Source: an uncultured Candidatus Saccharibacteria bacterium
GTDB taxonomy: Bacteria; Patescibacteriota; Saccharimonadia; Saccharimonadales; CAYZZS01
Direction of reading: 5' to 3'
Length of the DNA: 57,529 bases
Assembly: GCA_964620175.1 (NCBI GenBank)
Contig: CAZUIL010000004.1
Coordinates: 1 to 57,529, forward strand
Position 1 is the first letter of the stretch. Each line of letters begins with the position of its first letter. Position numbers and translations under genes: made by a program. Below the pieces are notes generated by a model. It saw only the letters and a program-made list of their open reading frames with translations, searched no databases and was not told where the DNA came from. Positions 51,651-57,529 of this stretch are shown one piece after another.

Positions 51651-53312
51651 ATGACACAGCCCACGCTCTTTATAAAAAATAGTAAGAAACTTTTGGTTCT
51701 TGCCGCGCTCCTGTTGGTTGGCAGCAGCCTTGCAGTAAGCCCTGGCGTAGCGACCGAGACAGCCAGTGCACAGGTGAATGCTTGTTCCAGCCTTTCAGAT
51801 ACCTATGGTAAAGAAACCTATACGGTTACCAACTTGCCATCGACGACAACGCCTTACAACGTTTGGGCGCGTATTAAAGCTTCTGGGGAGGCCTCCTTTG
51901 TTATCAGTATTGACGGTGCCGGCGGCAAGCTGTGCGACCAGCGGATCGCCAAGGCTAGCAACAATAGCTATGTCTGGCAAAAGGCATCCGGTACGCTCGC
52001 GTGGAGCGGCGGCCAGGCTCGTGTCCAGTTAGCAGGTGACAAGGATAATGTGTATCTTGACTGTGTCGTGCTGCACGCCAGCAGTACGTTTGCACCTACG
52101 AGCGCCGAGGATTGCAACCAAACAAACGTTGCCCCAACGCCTATCCCCGCGAAATTACAGGCTGAAGAGGCCACAGTCGGTCCGAACGCCGGCACAACCA
52201 ATTGTACGGCGGACATGCCGATTAAGATTGTCGCTGCCAATCAGGCGACCAATAGTGCCGATGGCGGCTATGTCGGCTGCTGGAATAACGTTGGTTCCTA
52301 TGTCCGGTTCAACGTATCAGTTGCAACGGCTGGCGAATACCGCCTGGTTATGCGCTACAAACAGCCGCAATCAGCCAATGTGACGAGAACGCTTAATGTT
52401 GACGGTGTGGGCCAAACTGTAGACTTCCCGCTCTGTCAATGTACTTGGTTTGATGCGAACTGGTCCACGGTTGAAGCGGAAGTGACGCTGTCCCAGGGCA
52501 ACCATACTGTTGAAGTTGTCCGTCCTAACAATTCCGGCCCGATAGACCTTGACTGGGTAGACTTTATCCAGAATATTGAGCCTACCCCATCACCGCCAGC
52601 AACCCCAGTTGTTAATGCACCAGCCAACGGCAGTTCTTTTACCGATACAACCCCCACTTTTAGTGGAACAGGTGAAAATGGCGCAACAGTGAGCGTTAAG
52701 AAAGGCAGCACTGAGCTATGTAACGCTGCGGTTACAGCTGCTGGTCAGTGGCAATGTACGTCCTCAGCCCTTGCAGTGGGTGCCCATACGGTAAGCGTTA
52801 CCCAATCGAACTTTAATGGCACCAGTCCAACGCAAAGCCTAAGCTTCACGATTACATCGACTGCGCCGCCGGTTGACACGCAAAAACCGGTGATTGGCCA
52901 GATCCAAATCCAGGGTTTGCCTTCTGCCCCATCAGACAACGCGATTGTGACATCACTCACGAACATTTCAATTACTGTTAATGCCACCGATAACGTTGGG
53001 GTGGCCTCAGTGGCCGTCTATGTAAACGGCCAGCAAATTAATCCGGTAAGCGGCCGCTACTCTACACCTAACAAGAACGGCGATTATACGTTCCGCATTG
53101 TCGTGCGTGACGCGGCTGGGAACGAGAGCGAGAAGCAATATCCGCTTCGGCTGCGGCATGCTAACATCGACCGCAGTGGCACCGTGAACATCGTTGACCT
53201 TGCAATGGTAGCCCGCGACTGGGGCAAAGCTTCTACGGAAACTGACTTTAACGGTGATGGGACGGTTAACATAGTAGACTTAGCATATGTTGCCTCCAAG
53301 TGGGGGCAATAA
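51651..53312 (+). CDS. secreted multidomain protein: two CBM-like beta-sandwich modules, Ig-like modules, C-terminal type I dockerin
   Basis: Signal peptide; a CBM6/35-like module (LQAEEATV...GYVGCWNNVGSYVRFNVSVATAGEYRLVMRY...LNVDG...IDLDWVDFI); Ig-like modules (..TPTFSGTGENGATVSV..). The C-terminus carries two EF-hand-like dockerin repeats, NIDRSGTVNIVDL and DFNGDGTVNIVDL (about nt 53160-53309). Confidence 0.7.
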   Translation: MTQPTLFIKNSKKLLVLAALLLVGSSLAVSPGVATETASAQVNACSSLSDTYGKETYTVTNLPSTTTPYNVWARIKASGEASFVISIDGAGGKLCDQRIAKASNNSYVWQKASGTLAWSGGQARVQLAGDKDNVYLDCVVLHASSTFAPTSAEDCNQTNVAPTPIPAKLQAEEATVGPNAGTTNCTADMPIKIVAANQATNSADGGYVGCWNNVGSYVRFNVSVATAGEYRLVMRYKQPQSANVTRTLNVDGVGQTVDFPLCQCTWFDANWSTVEAEVTLSQGNHTVEVVRPNNSGPIDLDWVDFIQNIEPTPSPPATPVVNAPANGSSFTDTTPTFSGTGENGATVSVKKGSTELCNAAVTAAGQWQCTSSALAVGAHTVSVTQSNFNGTSPTQSLSFTITSTAPPVDTQKPVIGQIQIQGLPSAPSDNAIVTSLTNISITVNATDNVGVASVAVYVNGQQINPVSGRYSTPNKNGDYTFRIVVRDAAGNESEKQYPLRLRHANIDRSGTVNIVDLAMVARDWGKASTETDFNGDGTVNIVDLAYVASKWGQ

Positions 53313-54100
53313 TGCTACGGCTGGCGAGAGCCCGCATCAATCTGGTATCGAGCATCGTGCTGGCAATTGCTGTAATCGCGGGTTTGGGCCAAGGCCGGCT
53401 TGCAGCCGCAGGCAGTGCCCAATTCAGCTTGGAACCCTCCAGTAGCGCCGTAGAAGACAACCAGTCTTTTAGCGCTGACCTGTTTGTTTCAAGCGAGGCT
53501 AGCATCTATTCGGTAGAGCTTCAGCTAACGGTAGAAAACCTGCGCTACGAGCGGTACGAAGCACCGTCTCCGCCGTCATTTGACTATAACGAAGCGGTGG
53601 AGCCTACAGTGTCAAATGTAAGCATATCGGCTACACATGTGGGCGACAGAAGTTCATCGGGTAAGGTTAAAATCGGCACCCTGCACTTTACGGTCGCCGG
53701 GCAGGCTGGTGAGGCAATCACGCTCGCTGTCACGGGCGCCACAGCAATCGACACGTCGCTGCAGCCGATGCCGGTAACCAGCACGAACCTTTCGTTCCCC
53801 ATTCTTGCTGCCGGCAGCTTACCGGCCAGCGGCCAGTCCCCTGACAGCACGGTAACCATTCCAGAAGAAACGGAAGCTCGGAACGTCGAACAAGGCGAAT
53901 TTGACATTATCAAGTCGTTGGCAGTCGGGCTCATTGAAGGCAGTAATCGCAACCCCGCTTCTGTAGCATCAGGCGAAGCAAACTCCCGTCAAGCGTACCG
54001 GGTACTGGCTGGCGTTTTGTTGGTAGCCAGCTTGTTTGTCCTGGGAGCCGCGGTGCTTAAGAAAAGAAGAAAGAGGCTACTCCACAAGTTAGCGGGATAA
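53312..54100 (+). CDS. membrane-anchored cohesin-like protein A
   Basis: The start overlaps the upstream stop as TAATG. A signal peptide is followed by a ~135-aa beta-rich module (FSLEPSSS...SFSADLFVSS...SGKVKIGTLHFTVAGQAGEAITLAV) with the cohesin-like pattern, a linker, a C-terminal TM and KKRRKR. Confidence 0.5.
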   Translation: MLRLARARINLVSSIVLAIAVIAGLGQGRLAAAGSAQFSLEPSSSAVEDNQSFSADLFVSSEASIYSVELQLTVENLRYERYEAPSPPSFDYNEAVEPTVSNVSISATHVGDRSSSGKVKIGTLHFTVAGQAGEAITLAVTGATAIDTSLQPMPVTSTNLSFPILAAGSLPASGQSPDSTVTIPEETEARNVEQGEFDIIKSLAVGLIEGSNRNPASVASGEANSRQAYRVLAGVLLVASLFVLGAAVLKKRRKRLLHKLAG

Positions 54101-54179
54101 CCGCTTAAAAAGTATTTCCCCTTATGCCTAATTTCATATATTATTTCAGTAAGTTCCAATAAGCACCAGTAACAAACAT

Positions 54180-55253
54180 ATGAGAAGACAACTACTAAGC
54201 ACATCATTCCGCAATCGACTTATCACCTTATTTGCTATACCGCTGGCGGCCGTGGGCTTATTAGTGGCTTCAGTACAACCGGCACACGCGGCCGGCTCTG
54301 TAACATTTACGTTGGAAGCGTCCACTAACTCACCGCAGCCGAACGCCAACTTCACCGTAAACGTATTTGTGACAACCAATACCGCTACGAATGTCTTCGC
54401 TGTCCAGGTGCCGCTTACCTTTACCAACGCAACGAACCAAGGGTATTCACCGAACCCGGGCGCGTTTACCGGTCTGAACAACGCGTTTGTCAATACCTCG
54501 ACTGCCCTGGAAATAGGCGCTACGTACGCCGGCGGCAGCAGCGGCTCCGGCAAAGTACGTATCGGAACCATAAATTTGAAGGCAGGCTCTACGCCAGGCC
54601 AGACAATCGGTGTCACCTTTGGCTCAGTGATTGCCCAAGACCCTAATATAGAATCAATGGGTACGAGCGCTAATTCGGCTACGTATACCATCGCCTCTCC
54701 GCCGAGCACTCCTCCGCCATCGACACCTCCCCCTCCACCTTCCGGCGGCGGTTCGCCGAACCCAACACCGCCTTCTTCACCGGGTGGTGGGACAACGCCT
54801 CCAAGCAACAGCTCGGGTGGCTCTAGTCAATCCGGCGGTACACCAAATGGCAATACCACGGTTACTGTCTCTAATCCTGATCCCCAGTCAATCAGCCAGG
54901 AGGAGTATGATGCCCTGCAAGCTGATGCGGTCAGCCAGGTGGATGCAGCTTCCGCGGAAGGCAGTACCGTCTCCTCTACGCTGGCAAGCGGCAAAAGTTT
55001 AACCACGTGGATAATGGCCTTGTTGGGACTGCTCGTGCTTGGTGCCGGCGGCGCCTTCGCTATCGTGCTCCGCAAAAAACGTAAGGCCTCACTTGCCTTT
55101 TTTGGTGTTGATAAGCACCAGCACGGCGGTATTGCGCCTAACCCGACTGTCGTAACCCCAGAAAACAACCCGGCCAGTCCGCAAAACCAACAGCAAAGCA
55201 ACTATCCTGGTTTTGTCTATACTCCCCAAAACGATGACAAGAAGCCAAAATAG
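54180..55253 (+). CDS. membrane-anchored cohesin-like protein B with Pro/Ser/Gly linker and cytoplasmic tail
   Basis: Signal peptide (..VQPAHA) and a module paralogous to protein A (VTFTLEAS...NFTVNVFVTT...SGKVRIGTINLKAGSTPGQTIGVTF). A PSTPPPSTPPPPPSGGG linker, a TM (IMALLGLLVLGAGGAFAIVL), RKKRK and a ~65-aa tail follow. Confidence 0.5.
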   Translation: MRRQLLSTSFRNRLITLFAIPLAAVGLLVASVQPAHAAGSVTFTLEASTNSPQPNANFTVNVFVTTNTATNVFAVQVPLTFTNATNQGYSPNPGAFTGLNNAFVNTSTALEIGATYAGGSSGSGKVRIGTINLKAGSTPGQTIGVTFGSVIAQDPNIESMGTSANSATYTIASPPSTPPPSTPPPPPSGGGSPNPTPPSSPGGGTTPPSNSSGGSSQSGGTPNGNTTVTVSNPDPQSISQEEYDALQADAVSQVDAASAEGSTVSSTLASGKSLTTWIMALLGLLVLGAGGAFAIVLRKKRKASLAFFGVDKHQHGGIAPNPTVVTPENNPASPQNQQQSNYPGFVYTPQNDDKKPK

Positions 55254-55365
55254 CCGCAAATAGAAAACCGGCCGCTCCCTTTATCTTGGTGGCGCTGCTA
55301 AGGTTAACTTTGCCCAATAGCGCGCCCCGTATGCCGGGAGCTGCCGGCCGGTAAAATTGCTTTGC

Positions 55366-55512
55366 TTATGAGAGAAAGACGGGATTCGCGAGGTAAATGT
55401 GACGTTCTTCAGACGCTTGTTCAATCAGGTATGGGTCTTCAAATCCCCAGAAATCATCGCGCTTCCATACCGGTTCCTCTTTCCTCTGCTTACGTCTTCG
55501 GTACAGTTTTAT
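55366..55512 (-). CDS. possible small basic protein (48 aa)
   Basis: GGAGGG lies 7 nt upstream of the internal ATG at 55512 (MIKLYRRRKQRKEE...). There is no other support. Confidence 0.25.
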   Translation of the reverse strand: MKLYRRRKQRKEEPVWKRDDFWGFEDPYLIEQASEERHIYLANPVFLS

Positions 55513-55595
55513 CATCCCAGTTCCCTCCTTTCTCCCATGCCTGCATAGTACTTGATGTGACCAGGTAGCCACTACGAGAATTCTAACAAGCAGTG

Positions 55596-55868
55596 TTAAA
55601 CTGTTGGTTCGCGGCCTCCGCCCAACGCCTTGATAAGTGCCAGTAGGATTACCGCGCCGACAACGGCGACCAGCAAGCTTCCAAGGTTAAAACCGGTAAC
55701 GCCTTCGCCACCAATCAACCTAAAGAGAGCTCCACCGATGATCGCGCCAATAATACCGATAATGATGTTACCAAGCGCGCCTTGCTCGGCGTCTGTTCGC
55801 ATAATCATTGATGCGATCCAACCTGCCAGGGCGCCGAAAAGTATCCATAAAATAATGTTCCAGATCAT
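55596..55868 (-). CDS. GlsB/YeaQ/YmgE-family stress membrane protein
   Basis: Gly-zipper TM pattern [16 protein letters not shown] ... [17 protein letters not shown]. Confidence 0.75.
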   Translation of the reverse strand: MIWNIILWILFGALAGWIASMIMRTDAEQGALGNIIIGIIGAIIGGALFRLIGGEGVTGFNLGSLLVAVVGAVILLALIKALGGGREPTV

Positions 55869-55870
55869 AG

Positions 55871-56209
55871 TTACACCTCCTTATCCCAATCTTTAGCAAG
55901 CGTTGAGCGGACTTCCGGTTTGGCGGTCGTTTCCGCTTCATCTGCCTTGCGCCGGGTCTTGCGGGCAGCCTCGCTCACCGCTTCGCTGAAGTTGGCTTTC
56001 GCTTCCTTCGCCTTTTCTAAGCCTGCCGAAGCCTTTGACGTAGCGCTCTCGAGCTTGTCCTTGGCGCGCAATTTCATATCGTGGGCTTCATCCTTGAGCT
56101 GCCGCCTCGTTTCCCGGCCGCTCTTCGGAGCGAACAGCACGCCTAGCGCTGCTCCTGCCGCCGCGCCAACAAGCATCGCACCAAATGTATTCGCCTTTGA
56201 TGCCTGCAT
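55871..56209 (-). CDS. YtxH domain protein
   Basis: [33 protein letters not shown] followed by a charged helical region. Confidence 0.7.
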   Translation of the reverse strand: MQASKANTFGAMLVGAAAGAALGVLFAPKSGRETRRQLKDEAHDMKLRAKDKLESATSKASAGLEKAKEAKANFSEAVSEAARKTRRKADEAETTAKPEVRSTLAKDWDKEV

Positions 56210-56396
56210 CTTACCCTCCTTTCGACACTTAGTTTGATGTTAGTACTTTTAGCGTAATCAACATGGGCTAAGCGGGCTACGAGAAATTTAACAATAACAA
56301 TGAGCCGTACGCCGGAAGCTACAGCTATGAAAAATATTGCTGCAATAAGCCAGCCGGCAGGATACAGTACATATATAGATAAAAAAGGAGGCGCCC

Positions 56397-57529
56397 TTGC
56401 AGCAAATATCTCAAGCACTACTCAAAAAACTCCATCCAAAAAAACCAAAATCACCGATGGTTACGCTCTATATGCCGACAAACCTGGCGGCAGCTCCGCC
56501 CAACTTAAGCGAAGACCGTATCCGTTACAAAAACTTAGTAAGCCGGGCTAAAAAAATACTCGGTAACAAAACAGAACTTGATACTGCGACCCGTGAACGC
56601 GTAGAAGCCAAGCTTGAAGCGTATCTAGAAAATATGGAATTCTGGGAAAAGCAAGCTCGGGGGTTGTTAGTGTGCGTCAGCCCTACCCAATCAATTGCTG
56701 TAAGCCTGCCGCTGCCGGCTGATGAGTACCTGGCGGTTGATACGCATTATCATCTTGCCCCGGTCTATGCCTTGGTCCAACAAATGGCGGATTTTTACCT
56801 GTTACATGTCGCCCGCAGCAACCCACGGCTATACAAAGGCAATGCTTACCAGCTGGTTGATAGCGGCATTGATTTGCCGCAGTCGCCTAAGGAAGCGCTG
56901 GGAATTGATGAGACGTATCAGCGGAGCGTCCAGCAGTTCCGTATTGCCAGTGGCGCAGGTGCAAGGTTCCACGGCCATGGCGACGTGCGGGATGCGGAGC
57001 GCAGCGACGCCCAGCGGTTTTACGCCATACTCGACGAGCTACTCTGCAAGGCTGGTGATACTTCCCTGCCGCTGCTCTTGTCCGGCACTTCAAAAGAGGT
57101 TGCTGATTATCGGCGTGTTACGAAGTATCCGACGGTACTGAAGCAAGAGCTGGAAGGCAACCATGCCGATGCCACGACTGCCGAACTCCACACACTCAGC
57201 TGGCCGCTGGTATATGAGTCACTGGTGTTGGAAACCCGTCAAACGGCGCTCGCTGAGCTGAATAATCAGCTGGGGCTGGGCGACGGCCAAGCCAGCACCG
57301 CTGCCGCTGCCATAATGGATGCGGCTGAAAAAGGGCGCATCGATACCTTGTTTGTCGGATTGCTGGTTCCTGCGGCTACCACAAGCGATGTACCAAGGCT
57401 GGGCTTTACCGACAACAGCCAAACTAACAAGCTCGTTGACTATGTGGCGCTTCATACGTGGCGTAACAGCGGACGGGTACTCTATACCTATAACCATGAG
57501 CTCGATAGCTCGATTGCTGCACTGTTCCG
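56397..57529 (+). CDS. release-factor-like (baeRF3-type) protein, 3'-truncated by the window edge
   Basis: This frame is not in the ORF track and is open from 56379 to the window end. AAGGAGG lies 5 nt upstream of the TTG at 56397 (alternative start ATG 56457). The protein reads ..ALLKKL....PMVTLYMPT......RIRYKNLV..A..IL ... GLLVCVSP ... FYLLHVARSNPRLYKG.., the pattern I associate with the bacterial archaeo-eukaryotic release factor-like family 3. Confidence 0.55.
   Translation, partial: MQQISQALLKKLHPKKPKSPMVTLYMPTNLAAAPPNLSEDRIRYKNLVSRAKKILGNKTELDTATRERVEAKLEAYLENMEFWEKQARGLLVCVSPTQSIAVSLPLPADEYLAVDTHYHLAPVYALVQQMADFYLLHVARSNPRLYKGNAYQLVDSGIDLPQSPKEALGIDETYQRSVQQFRIASGAGARFHGHGDVRDAERSDAQRFYAILDELLCKAGDTSLPLLLSGTSKEVADYRRVTKYPTVLKQELEGNHADATTAELHTLSWPLVYESLVLETRQTALAELNNQLGLGDGQASTAAAAIMDAAEKGRIDTLFVGLLVPAATTSDVPRLGFTDNSQTNKLVDYVALHTWRNSGRVLYTYNHELDSSIAALF

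Noticed and set aside
54146-54808. 220-aa minus-strand Gly/Pro-rich ORF
   Set aside because: It is antisense to the cohesin-like gene B and its Pro/Ser/Gly linker. It has no independent start context, whereas the plus-strand gene has a signal peptide, a domain and a TM.
56300-57141. ORF-track ORFs 56300..56551 and 56722..57141 (and minus-strand 57219..57497)
   Set aside because: They are out of frame with, or antisense to, the longer open frame 56397..>57529. That frame has a strong SD sequence and a coherent protein-like sequence.

Overview
This 57.5-kb window looks like a chromosomal segment from a small-genome bacterium. The gene content fits a Patescibacteria/CPR (Saccharibacteria-like) organism, but that placement is inference from gene content only. 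Supporting features are a reduced dcw cluster (mraZ-rsmH-ftsL-ftsI-mraY-ftsW-murG-ftsQ, with no mur ligases and no ftsA/ftsZ), a type IV pilin, DprA, TopA with Cys-less C-terminal repeats, an orphan TraD/VirD4-like ATPase, many lineage-specific ORFs and several proteins with K/R-rich tails. I call about 60 CDS, including two edge-truncated genes absent from the ORF track: a GlyRS C-terminus at 1..111 and a release-factor-like gene at 56397..>57529. There are 3 tRNAs (Glu-UUC, Leu-CAA, Ser-GGA) and one frameshifted APC permease. I recognise no rRNA, CRISPR array, integrase or transposase. Housekeeping genes include topA, dprA, pth, der, an rluB-like synthase, gltX, xth, two histidine kinase/response regulator pairs and a MacB-type ABC pair. 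Four things deserve a second look. (1) A three-gene cassette at 51.6-55.3 kb encodes a secreted CBM/Ig protein ending in a clear two-repeat dockerin, followed by two paralogous membrane-anchored cohesin-like proteins; this may be a minimal surface-tethering or host-adhesion system. (2) A ~440-nt highly structured non-coding locus lies between pth and dprA, with its own near-consensus promoter and intrinsic terminator, and I could not match it to RNase P, tmRNA, SRP or 6S. (3) A umuD-umuC-like operon has a UmuD homologue lacking both residues of the Ser/Lys self-cleavage dyad, and it shares a ~66-nt promoter/leader element with a nearby small gene. (4) Duplication scars sit at the 3' end of tRNA-Glu. 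All family assignments come from motif reading by eye. No database search was run.
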